Of a DNA stretch of 64,000 nucleotides, positions 49,841 to 64,000 are shown one piece after another. Numbering within the stretch: position 1 is the first letter of the stretch; each line of letters opens with the position of its first letter. The translations under genes were made by a program, and so were the position numbers. The notes beneath the pieces were generated by a model, which worked only from the letters and a program-made list of their open reading frames with translations, was not told where the DNA came from and ran no database searches. The stretch spans positions 8,370,001-8,434,000 of the forward strand of contig OZ176056.1 in assembly GCA_964247055.1 (NCBI GenBank). Reading direction: 5' to 3'. This DNA is from Paragordius varius (Eukaryota > Animalia > Nematomorpha).

Positions 49841-50427
49841 TTAACACTTCGATTCAAATTGGGGTATCTAAATACCCCAGACTAAATTTAAATTAATATT
49901 TTTAAAAAAATACTGAAGGAAACGGTCCCAATTTAAATTTATGCTTCTATCCTGATAAAAATTATATAAATATGCTAAAATATCTTGATTAAATTTTCTT
50001 TTGAAAAAAAAGTTCCATCTCAAACTACTTCGACGCCATTTTTGTTTTACAAAATTTTTGCAAAATATCGTCCTCATTTAATTTTAAGAGTAAAACTAAA
50101 TCTAATTTTTTATATAATTTACATCTAACATTGATAGAAATAGAAAAAGCGATTTATTTTGTATTATTTTAAAATTTTACAATTTGACACATGTCACGTT
50201 GACGAAATTTTTACCTTTTGGTTTTAGCTTAAAATAGGTAATATCAAGTTATTTTGACTAAAATTTTTTATATATGGTTTATTAATGTTATGTATGTGCA
50301 AAATTTTTCCATGGTTTCGAATACTTACATACTTTTTAAAGTATTTGATTTTAAACAGGCTTGGGGTATCCAACTACCCCAATTTGAATCGAAGGGCGAA
50401 AATGAGTGTGTTGTATCCAAGTGTTAA
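49841..50427 (+). mobile_element. piggyBac-like MITE (TTAA target), copy 2
   Basis: TTAACACTTCGATTCAAATTGGGG ... CCCCAATTTGAATCGAAG, then a ~24-nt spacer, then AAGTGTTAA. Confidence 0.72.
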
Positions 50428-51444
50428 ATAATCAAATTTCTTAACAAATAGCCACACTAAATATTTAGTAATAATTGAAATTATTCAGACAAACTGCAAA
50501 AACTATATCATAAAAAATATTTTTTATGAAAACAAATACACTTCAAGGTTGGTGTTCCCATATAATTTTTGCAAATGACAGTATTTTATGAATGAATGTA
50601 TTAACTGTATTTTACTGTAATTTGGCAACCATTGTAATGAATATAAAATTGTTTTTATTAAAAAAATATTTGTTTCGTTTTAAGTTATATCCTGATAATA
50701 TTAATTTTTACCGTATATTTTTAATTAAATAAATTTTAAACGCTTTTAATTAGTTTATAGATTAGAAAGCTAAATTTAGCGTATAGTTGCAATTAAAAAA
50801 TAGTGCATCTTTTATAAGATATCTTATAATGGTCTATTATTTGGCAAAAATATTCCATTCTACCGTATATTCACCCTAGATCACTTAATCACCCTTGAAC
50901 ATATCAACCTCACCCTCGAACATTTTGAATTTGCCTTAAGAGTGATTTATGTTAAATTTGATATAAAAGTGTGAATTTGTGATGTAATTGGTATACTAAG
51001 TATAAAAGTTTTTTCTAATTAATGTTGTTTTATCACATAAAGTTAGTGTTTATATTGAGTTTTTGTGTTACTTTTTTTAAAAAACAGCATTATTTTTAAT
51101 TTCATTAATTTTAATGAATTTAAAGCCAATATTATTATATAAATATATTAATAAAAAAATTATTTTCGGTAAACAAATATATATATATAATGTAAATTAC
51201 TTTATGATTTTTTGGACGTAATTTCACATTGGTTGTAAATAATTAAATATAAATATCTTTATGTTACGACTTTTTAAGAGTTGTAAAATGTCATTTGAAG
51301 CCAAAATACAATGTGTTATTATAACAGTAAAGAAAAGAAAAACAGTTATAACTGTATAGTTGTTTGTGCGTTCAAAATATTTTTTGTTTTTTATTCGCTT
51401 AATAAAAACTTTATCATAAATTTTGATATTTATCTCTCTCATTG

Positions 51445-52406
51445 ATGGCTGATATCCTAAGTAATGATATAAATGACAAATTAGAAAATAATTTGAAACT
51501 CAAAAAGTCTTTTGACACTGATGAGTCACCATTGATAAAACCTAATCAACCTAAAAATGGATTTTATCTATCCAGGCCTCTAATAAACACTAAAAATTCT
51601 TTAATGAATAATAATCAATCAACAATAAAAAATCAACCTTCATCAAATCTCATGATAAATAAAAATGATAACCAAAACGATATGTATGACATTGGACAAA
51701 ATCAAATTTTGCAAAAGCACAAATGTATAGAAAACTATTTAAATACCACACTTCAAAATGAAAAAACTTACATATCTCAACAACCGCAACGTAGCCCAAA
51801 AAGTCCAAGTAGCCCTACAAAATTATTTTTTGAAAATACGTGTGATAAAGTCGTTTGCATAGAACACGAAAACATTTATATAAGGCGAGTCAGACCCCGT
51901 GAAATACCAGGCATATGTGAATGGAGAAATTTGGAAGTCAGGTTTCATATGAGTCCGTATTACCTTAAAATGTTGTATCATCTGTATCCAGAAGGCTGGA
52001 TTCTAGCCGAGAATCATGGCTGCTTTTTAGGTAGGTAGGGTATTTTAAATTTTAAAATTTTGACATGTTTCGGTTTATTCATTTTTGTCCTATAATTTTT
52101 ACCTAAATCAATCATTTGTTTTAGCCAAAACCCTTAAATTGTGTTTAAAAAAATGTCTATTATGTCCAAAAATGTTTTAGGATCAGGTAAAAAATTAACA
52201 ATCATAATAAAATATTTTGAAACGCACAAAAAACCGCTAATCTTTTATTGAAAAATTAATCATTAAATATGTATATAATTACGGGCCATAAATTGCATGT
52301 GAAACAATTCGGTTAAAATTTTTATAAGAAGTTCTAGTATATTTGTCACTTTAATCGGCATATTTTTTTTCTATGTTATTCAAATGATATCCTCTTATGT
52401 TTTGTC

Positions 52407-52444
<38 letters not shown>

Positions 52445-54475
52445 GTTTCAACTAATTGTTAAATAATCCCAAATTCATAAAATGTGTAATCAACCATTTT
52501 GCTCTTTGTCATTTCTCCAGGCTTAATCTTTGGAATGATTTTGGATGATAAAACGGCTTTTGGGGGCTTGTTTAGTGTTCGCCCCTGTTTTAGGAATCAA
52601 GGAATTGGGGCGGAACTGTGGAAGGCACGCGAGGAATTTTGCGGACCTCGGAATATGGGAATTAACTCTGGTGTCGATCGAATAGCCAGTAACCTTAAAA
52701 AGGGAATGATACTGTCATTCGGAAGTATATATATATATTTCGCCATTAATTAATTCAAAAAATTTAGGGTGCTAAAATAATCAATGGTTTATAGGGGATT
52801 CGGAATTCAAAATATCTACTTCTAGGGAGTTTAAATGTGTTAAAGAGTTAATTTCGATATTAAGTTTGATTTTTAGGGAACAAATGTTGGTGTTTAGAAT
52901 TGGTTAAGTTGATTTAGACTCAATTTTTACGTCTAAAGATAAAAATACTTAACACCAGCGATATCTAAATATTAATACATATTAAATTTAATTAGTGTAA
53001 TTTTTTTATGAATAAGAAAACAACGGTATCAACCAGTTTTAAGTTACTAAGAATTAGTACACTTAATAAATCCTATATATGAGTATTAATTATTCTCCAA
53101 GAATAATTTGTGGTGTTTTATTACTGAGACTGTTTGAGCCTCTTTAATCAAATGTTTAGAAAAATACATTAATTAATAAACAATAAAGTTATCTAATTAA
53201 TTAATTTATAATGAAATAGTTTGCAAATATGTGACACAACTATCCATGTCCAAAATCGAACAAATTTGCGCAACATTGGAAAACTTTACATTTAGTCCTC
53301 AAACCCGAACATTGAATAATGGCAAAAATGATGAAAATAACAATGTTATATGTGACTATTCTTCATTTCCCAATAATAATAATAATAAAAATAAAATTGC
53401 GAAATCCAATCAAAATTTATGCCCCGAAGATTATGAAATACTTTGTTTAAATGATTTGTATAATAATAACTCCGATGAATTTGATCAATACCTTAAAGAT
53501 ATAACGGAATATGATGAGACCATACATGGCACTAACCGACACAACTTTCTTTCGACGTTAATGAAAGAACCATTTGCACAAAATTTTCAAACTAATCATT
53601 CATTCCTACCATGCTTTGATAAACGCAATTTTTATCTTCAAACTTGGTTTGCCCGTCCTCGACGAAAATTTAATGCAAATACTCAACAAAAGTCTAATAA
53701 TGAGAATATTAATAAAAATAGGTCCAAAATTCTTGGCTATGGAATTGTGAGATCTTTAACTGATGGATATTCAATCGCTCCACTTTATGCCGAAAACGAA
53801 AGGATAGCTAGAGGTTAAACACTGCTAATTTTTGGTTTTTTCTATATATTGTTGTTTTTGAAATAACATGCTTAATTTTATCTTATTATTATAATTATTA
53901 TTGTAATTTAATCTGGAAATGGGTTTGATTTTATTTTTAAATGAAAATATATTAAAATTTCTTAATATTCTAACCACATTTCCTAAATTCAATGTCTAAC
54001 ATTTATTCTTACACCATTAGATATCATTGTCAAAGGACTTAAACATCTTGCACAAACTAAACTCAAGCCTACTTCATCAAATACTTCTTTACTAAATTCT
54101 TCTCCCGAGGATAATTTGGACCAAGAAAAATATATTAATACCCCTGGTCCTACTCAATATAATGGTCAAAATTCTGAGTGTTCAAAAACATTTCCATTTT
54201 ATATTATTGTACCGTTTCCTGGACTCACGTACGATCCTAATGATTTTTGTTGGGACAATAATCACAGATATTTACCACAATTCCAAGCTAAAGTCCTGAC
54301 TAAAATTTTGCGCGCTGACGTCTGTAGTAAAGATGCCTTGCTAAAAACGCTCATATTGGCATTAGAACCAAGTTTTGAATGCATAGTATATCGTATGTGG
54401 TCCAAATACCCCAAAGAACTTAAACGTTTCCCTAGCGTTTATGCTATGTTTAGTTTGGAATCTTTCATCATTTAA
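51445..54475 (+). CDS. Two-domain GNAT-family N-acetyltransferase (YitH/Acetyltransf_18-like), 4 exons, about 612 aa
   Basis: Exons 51445-52030, 52521-52724, 53220-53813, 54021-54475 (all phase-1 GT-AG introns; total 1839 nt). It has an acetyl-CoA binding motif A (FSVRPCFRNQGIGAELWK) followed by GPRNMGIN. A C-terminal ILGYGIVRSLTDGYSIAPLYAENERIA segment is typical of the second YitH-like domain. The first ~145 aa are Asn/Ser-rich and low-complexity. Confidence 0.82.
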
Positions 54476-55699
54476 AATGCAATGAAGGAAAGGGAAAGAA
54501 AAAAAATGGGTGACTTTGAAAATTGGAATATGCCATATATTACATTTATAGTGTATTATAAAGTGGATAGTTAATAAATGGATATATATATATATATATA
54601 TATGTATGTGGATTGATAAGAACAATTTTATTGGTGTAATTAAGATGAATCTCATAAGATTTTATTAAAAATAAACTTAATTTTCATATTTAAAGGTATA
54701 TATTTTCGTTATAATACTAACAAAATCATTAAACAATCGCTTTTTCGTCAAGCTGTCCATAGGTGAGAAAAGAAATCTAAAAATTTACTGATAATAGGAT
54801 ATCTAAAACGGTAATGAGCCTTTATAAAACTTGGATAACAAAGCGTCGATTTGATGTGTACAAGGGAGTTTTTAATAAACCGTTTTCATATCGAATTTTA
54901 GAACTATATTATTTTCTTATTTGACATAATTTTTATATATTGCTTATATTTTAGGGATTTTATAATTTGCGAAATATGTTATTAATGCCATTGCGGCAAC
55001 TCAAATGTTCTTAACAGATATCTGTAGCACAGGACCGAAATTATTTATATGAATTTCTTTTTATCAATATTGAAAGAGCTTGTGTGTCTTATAACACTTA
55101 AGATGGTATGGTACGCCCGAAATCGGGGGTATAAAATTCATTCTGTGGAATATAGATTTTAATAAGAAATGTAGGATTATTATGGTGATTTTAGATTTGG
55201 CCCTTACGAGTGACATATAAAAGTTATTATCACCTTTTTAGTAGCTGTTCCATATCAGAAAATGGCAAAATTTGTGTTTTGGTGTAAGCCTTCATTGCAA
55301 AAAATATCACTATTTTGATATTCAGCATAAAAGTGGAAAAACTTTCTTAAATCACTCGTAAGGCCCAAAACCAAAACACAATGATATCCTGATGCACATT
55401 CATATCAATATAATTCATCATAATATTATTTTTGTCCCCCCCCCCACCGCCCGACGTTTCGCACATTGTAATTTATATTTACAATTTTCCATGAAAATTA
55501 AAATAGTACACAGAGAAAAAAATAAAATTAATATTTATTTTATAAATAGCAAAACCCATACTCTCATAAAACTTAAGAATTCCTACATACACTAGATAAT
55601 TGGTATTTTATATAAAAAATATGACTATAAGTAGTTGGTTTCAATGAGTTGAAGAAAATTATTTTGTTAGAAAACTTGTTATGGGCATAAGATGTTTTT

Positions 55700-56445
55700 G
55701 ATGAAAGGTCTATATAGATTATCGTAATTTTTTTTTAAATCCACTCATACTTCCGATTTTCAGCAAAAAAATATTTGAAGTGTAAGGTGTTGGTTATTTT
55801 GCTGAGAGTTTATTCAAGACAGATGTTGCTGGATGATTTAATGTAAGACTTGTTCAGTTAATTTTGGTGTAAAATTCTTAATAGATTATCGTATTATTTT
55901 TTTACATCCACTCATCACCAACACTTCCGATTTTCAGTAAAAAAAGATTTGAAGTGTAAGGTGTTGGTTATTTTTGCTGAGAGTTGATTCGAGACAGATT
56001 TTGCCGGACGGTTTAATGTAAGACTTCGCCAACTTTATTTTTGTGTAACGGTCTTAATAGATAATAATCGTATTAATGTGTTTTACAACCAATCCTCACC
56101 GAAACCCCCGATTTTCAGAAATAAGATAGATAGATGAAATGTAAGGTTTTGATTATAATAGCTGAGAGTTGATTCGAAACAGATTTTGCTAGACGGTTTA
56201 ATGTAAGACTTCGTCAACTTGATTTTTGTATAACGGTCAATTATTGTGTTTTACATCTAATCATCACCGAAACCCCCGATTTTCAGCAATAAGATAGATA
56301 GAATGTAAGGTGTTGGTTATAATAGCTGAGAGTTGAGTCGAGATAGATTTAGCCGGACGGTTTAATGTAAGACTTAGCGCCATTTTAATTTTGGTGTAAC
56401 GGTCTTAACAGACTATCGTATTATTGTGTTTCACATCCACTTTTA
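55700..56445 (+). repeat. Tandem repeat of about 170 bp, 4-5 copies
   Basis: Repeated CCGATTTTCAG ... GTAAGGTGTTGGTTAT ... GCTGAGAGTTGATTCGA ... CGGTTTAATGTAAGACTT. Confidence 0.85.
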
Positions 56446-58065
56446 TATAAAAATTCACCAAAATTTTAAAGTGAAAACCTAAAAATTTTAAAGCGATAGA
56501 AATGTTCAACTCATCAAATAATATAAAAGTATTTTTACAATATCAAAAGCGTTTTTATACCGTTTCCATTAGGCCCAAAAATAGTAAGAAGAACGAAAAG
56601 AACCTAACCGTTTTAAAAGAGTAAATTTGGGACTTTCGGAACCTCCAGCTAAAAATTAAATTATAAGTAGTTTATGATATATATTAGTGAGCTTTTTTTG
56701 GAATGAAGCATTTACTTTCATCAAAATAAATTTATTACAAAAATTGTACGCAAATGCCATCTACTGATACGGAACACTGACCACAACGTAAAGTTCACCG
56801 AAAGCACCATAATAATCTTTATACATTTTCCTTATCATAATTTAATCAACAGCTCACTGTGTGCATCAATAAAATATTTTCAAAAAATGCATTCTTTGTT
56901 TAAAATTATAATTTTTAAGAACTTTGCAAAAACTAATTCATGATATTTTGGAGCGTGGTGGAATCATAAACTTAATATATTATAATTGTTGCCTAACATA
57001 TCTACCTCGGAATTATCGGTTGGTTAGCTTTCAAATTCAGGTAATTTTTGTAAAAAGTAAAATATATACTAAACTTAGGCTTGAAGGAACAAATGTATAT
57101 ATCAAAATTAGTGTTCGGCATCAATAAAATGGTTTCTTAGAGGGTTTTACCTTTTTAGTCCGCGATGACATATTCGGGTAGTTTTATATCCCAGTTATCA
57201 ATTATACAAAAACTTCTCTTTTGAATTTTATTTTTTTTAATTTAATTATCAAACAAATTTCATATTAAATAAAAAGGTTCATATTTTTTAGAGTTTTATG
57301 ACTTCTAAAGTACGAAATTGGGTACATCAAAGCACGATCAAAATAAACAGGTGATATGTATCAAATAATATCCAATTTTTAGTGTCGAATTTTAGCTTAA
57401 TAGCCTTAAATTAATTATTTACATACCTAACCATTATATACATTAATTTGCTTTGCAATAGCGATTTTAAAAAATCTAAAATAATGGCGGCAGAAAATTT
57501 CGAGATAAGGATTTTATTTGTTTTTTTAGAAAGTTCTTTTTTTGTACAAGGCGTTGGGCTAAAATAAGCATATATTTAAACTGATAATTTTTAAAATTAA
57601 AATTTTAAATCGCTCTGGGATATAAACCCTAAAATGCCTTTGTTAATATCTTCAAGTATATTATAACGTTCTCACAATACTTCAAAACACCATATACCTC
57701 TGCCGCGTTTTCTTAACGGGACATAATTAACAAGAAGATGAATTTAAACCTTCGGAACCTTTTTTAAATATTTGTTCAAGATGTTGTTTTCAAATTATAA
57801 TTTTTAGAATGCAACACTTACCTCCTGTTAAAAATATAAGCTAAATGTGTGTCATTTTTTAAATTTTTCATGGAATAAGTTAAATACTGATAAGTTATAA
57901 AACAAAAAGTCACCAAAAATCTTGATAAATATTTCTATCGAAATTATTTATTCAAATAAGATATTTTTGTGCGCTGTAAAAAAATTTAAACCATTGTGGT
58001 ATTTAACATACGAAATGTCATAATGCATTTATACAGGCCTAAATCCACGATTGCCTAGTAGTGAG

Positions 58066-58142
58066 GTAATTTTTATTTATTTGTTTTGTTGTTTTGTTTG
58101 ATCTTCGTTTTTTTATTCGTGTGTTTACTTTAAATTTTTTAG
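58066..58142 (+). other. Possible 5' UTR intron of UGDH
   Basis: GAG|GTAATT donor, a T-rich body, and a TTTTTTAG acceptor 140 nt upstream of the ATG; no homology support. Confidence 0.35.
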
Positions 58143-58282
58143 ACGATATACGCGTCTCTTACATTTGCTCAATTTAAATTGCTACAAAACACTTCCAAAA
58201 ATCTAATAAACCAAATATCGTTACAAAATAATATCTTTACAACAAAAGCATTCCATTTTGTAAATTCCACACAATCAAAAAT

Positions 58283-58886
58283 ATGAAAATTGAAAAAATT
58301 TGTTGCATAGGAGCAGGGTATGTTGGAGGACCAACCTGTGCAGTTATAGCCTACAAATGTCCGCACATAAAAGTCACCGTAACTGATATAAATTCTCAAA
58401 GAATCGATTCTTGGAATAGCGATAAATTACCCATTTATGAGGTAAGTCTTTCGAACATATTATTTAATATATCTGAATATCCAAAAATATTTATTTTTAA
58501 AAGTTTTAAAATTACTATTTTTTTACTAAATCTCTCAGTACTAACCAAAAATCCTTAAGATTTTTATTTAAAACAAAATTTCTAATTAAAACTTTAATAT
58601 TATATAGCAAGCTTTGACCGGATATCAACTCTAAAGTAAACAACGACTATACAAATAGTGTGCGACATTTATATTTGGTGACTTAATAGCTAAATTTCAT
58701 TATACATATTAATACTAATTTAACAAGAAAAAAAATTGAGATTATTTTTGTGCGGATAAAATCTGCGAAAATGATTTATTATTACAAAATAATTTATTTG
58801 ACCTTTTTTTTATAGTTTTCTAGTTTTATTGTTAATTTTTTAAAAAGATTTCTAAATGCCACTTTCATCCATTGTTTTATCATATA

Positions 58887-58924
<38 letters not shown>

Positions 58925-61900
58925 TCATTTAACTAAATATGGGCCAACGCTTTTAAAATTTTTCAGCTATCAGAAAATACGAATAATCACAAAATTCCTT
59001 AAAAAATTTAAAATTGGCATTTTTTAGAATTAGATTTCACTTTTATTTTTTCAAATTTTTTTTTTGATATTCCACAAATAATCTTAATGATTGAACCTTA
59101 TTTGGTTTGGATTACAAAACTTAAGCTAGTTAGTTTATATTGGAATATACTTCAGTAAAAATGCATATTATACGAAAACGTGAAAACATAAAGACAAATA
59201 TTTTTATTCAAGAGACAACTCCATACTTTTTAAAACCTTATTGTTTCCCATATATGCTATTTAGTTATACAATTGTAAAATATAGAATTGATTGTGTTAG
59301 TAATATATATATATATATCTTTATTTCACACTTTGCCATTTAAAACAATGAGACTTTTATTGAAATAAATCAAGATTTAAAAAGTATTAGTAGTGAGAGT
59401 GTGTGTCTTTTAAATAAAAATATTTGTCTTTATAATTTCGCGTTTTATCCATCCGTAGTATAATTAATTTCAATTTTTACTGTAAATTCATCGCGCTATT
59501 AAACGATTGCAATTGCAACTCATATAAGTTAGGATATCCATTTAAAATGCAAATGAAATAGTAATGATTTAAATTTTTTGAAATTATTTTATTTTTAATT
59601 TTTTTATTTTTCGAAATTTTATAGCCAGGACTAGACGAAGTCGTTAAAGCTTGTCGAGGGCGAAATTTATTTTTTTCAACTGACATAGAGGAACACATTG
59701 TGGAAGCTGATTTGATTTTCATTAGTGTTAATACACCCACGAAGGAATTTGGGTTGGGTAAGGTTAGTGGTTCTTGCTTTTTTTATTTTTTATACCTAAA
59801 TGAATAATTTTCTTTTATGTGTCATTTTAGTAAGGAAGATAAAAAAGTCTCCTTAAATAAAAAGATGAAACTACACCTTAAATTGATGAATTCTTTAGTG
59901 AATAATATTTATAATAACATGAATCAAAAAATAAAGGACCAAAGCCATTTTTTATGAATGGAGCTGAAGGATTTATTCCTAAATTTTTTTTCTATACATA
60001 TATAACTTACATGGATGTGAAATGTATAATTTGAATGTGTAGTTACCAATTCACATTCTTTATTTGCATACGATAATATGAATAATCAGGTTGTTTTGTA
60101 AAAATATATGGCTATCTTTTTCCAATAGAAATTATCGTTTTAGCGACATCTACGTTTTGTCTTTTTATTTTAAATTTTTGTTGTTTGATAAAATTGTTTT
60201 TACCAAATATTTCTTAATATTTAATCATAGTTTAGATTATAATAAAAGCAAAACACTTTTTTCGACCAAAGTTTTATGATATCGCGATTAACAGTTATTT
60301 CTTTATATTTTTCAAGGTCAAATACCGTTTTTCAAGCTCTTAACCATACATAATAGAATTTTCGTACAATCATATTTTTAAAATGTTTGCATCTATAAAA
60401 TATAATAAATCATCTAGTTTAAACTGTAGTAAAATAAAAAAATTATTTATATATTAAATTTTTAAACACATAGCCTCAGAGTTCAAAGCAAAGTATAAAA
60501 AAATTTATTAAAAATTTAATTCTATTATATATGTAAACTAATATATAAAATATACAAATATCCGTTAAATGTCGTTTTAAAAACAAAATTACAAATTAGG
60601 CAGGAAAAAAATTTTTGTTAGAAATTTATTTTATTTTAATATATAGGGCCGAGGACCAGACCTTAAATATGTCGAATCATGTGCACGATTAATTAGTAAA
60701 GCCATGACGAATCATATGGTTAAACAGTCAAAGGCGGGCGGCAAAGGTGGCATATTTCACCAAAATCAGCTGATTAACTCATTTTTCGGGTTAAGGTCAT
60801 CTTCGAATTCACATAACGATGAACGCGACCCTAATCATCACGTTAATGGTATATGCTTTTAGTTTTATAATTTTAATTTTTATTTATCCGTTTTAAAACA
60901 TTTATGTTAACATGTTTAATCTAATTGGGGGTTGGTAATTATTTACTCTAATTCAAAAAAGATTTAAATTGATATTATTTTTTCAAAACTACTTAAAATT
61001 GCTGTCTTAATTGGATTCTCCTATCTTATTAAATATACTGATATATATATATATATATATATTTGAAAACTTAAAATGCCTGGATAATATTTAGCTCAAA
61101 AAAATTCCGAATGTCGTTTTTTTGTTCAAAAAAATTTTTTTAGAACAAGATCGTGTTTTTACGCAAATTCTTCGCGGCCAATTTTTTTCAAAATTTTTTC
61201 TTAATTGATTGAACAATCATTAGAACAGAAAATAATAATATATTTTTTACCTAAACAGGGGATAAAAATAAAAATTAAACGATTCAATATAACAATTCCA
61301 TATATATATATATATATATATATATTTGAGATGGTTAACATTATTTTATAGTGTGGTTTTTATTTTATAAAATAATATGGTATGTATTTGATATATATGC
61401 GTATAACTAACCATATTATGATAAAACTTAAAATTTTCCATTTTAGCCTTTAACCCTAACAAGAAAACAAATTTAAACGGTGATCTAATAGTTGAATAAG
61501 CTGGTAAAATTGTTATATTAACCGTTTTTATACCCCAGTGTTTTAATGATTAATTATAATCAAATTGTATTTAGGTGGGAAAAAAAATTAACTTAAATTT
61601 TGTCCGTTTGTTGAAATCCGAAAAATATGACATGACATGATATTGCCGAGTTTTAAAATAAAAAAAATGGCGTCGGTTTTAAATGGAACAAACATTTTTT
61701 TTTCTTCAAAACCTAATTTTATGCCATATAATTTGGATATATATGAAAATTATTTTTGCTTAAACGATATATTAAATTATATCGCTTCTAGGAATGAATG
61801 ATATAATTTTCAATTAATTTGGCATACAGTGTTGTTGTATACTTTTATTATTTGGTAATAAAATAGGATAACCACAAAAATTTGTTCACGCACGTTTTGT

Positions 61901-63285
61901 AAAACAATATATCTGTTAAAGAATGAAAAAAAGTTTTAAGATTTAGCCCCCCCCCCCCCACACTTTTTAATTATTTTAAAACCCCCATAGAGCGCTTTTT
62001 CCCACATTTTAACAAAGAACAAATTTTTTTATTTTATTACCAAAAAAAATATAAACAACCTGTAATTTACAGGTCATGAACGACCCATAGTTAAAATTGT
62101 GGTTGAAAAAAGTACGGTTCCGGTCCGCGCGGCGGAAATGCTCAGTTTTATCCTAACTTCCACGTTTAGCTGTCACCCAGCTATTTCGGGCGGTAACCTT
62201 GAAAGACCTAATCGAGTCTCCATCAGCAGTATAAATAGTCAAAAATCTACGACTGCAGTCATAGAAAATACGACTCTTACAGAAGACAAATTTATGGCAA
62301 ATGGAGGTTTATTTTATTAAAAAAATTTGAACAAAATATGTAATTTATAAAGCGTAATAACTAAAAACAATAAAAACGTATTCGTGGATAATGTAAAAAA
62401 ATTCCGGTAGTCTTAGAAAGTAATATTTTTATTCAAGAGAAACATTTATCTCAAATGCAGGTTTTTATGTTTAAACGATTATTGTTTTAATTTAAGTTAA
62501 TGTACAAATATCTAAAAATTTCCAAAAAAATTTTCTTAATTTCTCAATATATTTATATTTAAAAAACGTATATCTTGTAAATTTTAACAATCACAATTTA
62601 TAAGATGCAGAAGGTAAAAAAAATTGTGCTGTGTTTGCATTGATTAAATAAATGTTTTAAAAGATTTTTAAAAATATAAGTTTAGTTTTAAAATTTTTAT
62701 AACACATTTTTCACCTGTACAAAAAGTTTTTTTATATATTTAAAAAACTTTTTAGAATTTTTTTTTATTTAAATTTTTAATATATATAATTATTTAATTA
62801 CTTAGATCTTACGAATGGAGATCATACATCCACTTTAATACATAATGGTCATGATTCAGCTGGTGATGTTTTTCCAACGGAAAATGGTGATGGCGCATTT
62901 CACCCCGACCATGTGCCAAATATACATTTTGAGGTTTTAATTTTAAAAATTTAAATTTTAAAGTTTTTTTTACGAAAAAAATTTATCAAAGTTAAATGAT
63001 AAAATATTTAATAATTTTAGTTTTTAACCCAATTGAAATATTTAGGTGTATCAAAAAAGTTTTTATTTAATGTTAATTTTTTTATTTTAATTTTTATTTA
63101 TGCATATATAAATATGCTACTTTTTTCAAAAAAAAAATTATTATTTCCTTAAAAAAGTATATTATTTAAAATATGTAAAATATATATAAATAAACAGTAG
63201 TGTATGTAAAAAACTACAAAATGTTGAATAAACAATTATATCCTTTCTTTTTTTCCATACACTCCTGTGTGTTGCAAATTGCCCC

Positions 63286-63325
<40 letters not shown>

Positions 63326-64000
63326 CCAAAAAAATATATTAACAAAAGATTTGTAACTTTTTATAATTTTTTATTTTTTTATTTTTTAGATTTTATCTAA
63401 TCCCGAATTTTTGGCTGAAGGGACAGCTATTAAAGACCTGTTTGAACCTGATCGAGTATTGATTGGTGGTCAAACTGATACATATATGGGTAAGTTTTTT
63501 TTTAATTTATAAATTTAAATAAAATTAAGAATGTAAATATTAATAATTTTTAATTAAAGTTTTAGTTTTTTTGGGGGGCATATACTTGTTTTAAAGTTGA
63601 AATATATTTTAATATTACCATTTTTTTGTTAATGAGCACTATTTATTACTAGAGTTATGGTTTTATGTATTCGTATAAAAATTACATTGTTTACTGTTAT
63701 ATTTTAAAAATTAATCGAAATTACAAACATATATGTATGTTTCTATATATTTTTTTAAAAGGTTTACGTATAACTATCATTGTAAAATTAATATATATAT
63801 ATGAGATTTTAGTAAAAATATACCATTTACTAATTTAACGAAATTAATCTACAAAATTGACATTCTTTTTTAATTAAAAATGATTTTTTTATGATTCATA
63901 ACTTGCAAGGTTTTTCACTTAAAAACGATTTTCATTTATCCATATAATTGAATTATTAAAATATTCGTTTAATATGCAAAAAGCTTTCCTTTTAAATGTT
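58283..64000 (+). CDS. UGDH: UDP-glucose 6-dehydrogenase, 5' part; runs off the window end
   Basis: Exons 58283-58441, 59625-59762, 60647-60848, 62073-62306, 62806-62933, 63390-63489, followed by an intron to the window end. Motifs: [15 protein letters not shown] (Rossmann), [77 protein letters not shown]. Confidence 0.97.
59151..59484. mobile_element. MITE family A (UGDH intron 1)
   Basis: CAGTAAAAATGCATATTATACG ... TTTCAATTTTTACTGTA. Confidence 0.7.

Noticed and set aside
57170-57640. Possible further MITE (TTTTATATCCCAG / CTGGGATATAAA, also near 14915)
   Set aside because: The inverted repeat is short and the boundaries and TSD could not be defined.

Overview
Very AT-rich nuclear DNA from an invertebrate animal; the species cannot be determined from the sequence. 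I reconstructed four intron-containing genes by hand, checking splice phase at every junction. (1) A ZnT5/SLC30A5-type zinc transporter, minus strand, 18 exons, 27385->17268, about 885 aa. (2) The SUV3/SUPV3L1 mitochondrial RNA helicase, plus strand, 18 exons, 27476-48995, about 948 aa; it is head-to-head with ZnT5, with only 90 bp between start codons. (3) A two-domain GNAT (YitH-like) acetyltransferase, plus strand, 4 exons, 51445-54475, about 612 aa. (4) The 5' part of UDP-glucose 6-dehydrogenase, plus strand, from 58283 to beyond the window end. Intergenic DNA and introns contain two inverted non-autonomous Helitrons, several MITE families (Tc1/mariner-like, piggyBac-like, TACCATTT-ended), decayed LINE and Gypsy fragments, and minisatellites. 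The most unusual signal is the splicing architecture. ZnT5 has consecutive GT-AG micro-introns of 25, 28 and 26 nt (the 28- and 26-nt ones are required for the reading frame) alongside introns up to about 2.9 kb. Donor and acceptor consensus is strongly degenerate, ZnT5 has a frame-required GC-AG intron, and five introns contain tandem echo copies of their own exon-intron junction. The proteins carry large lineage-specific insertions, some next to catalytic or allosteric motifs.
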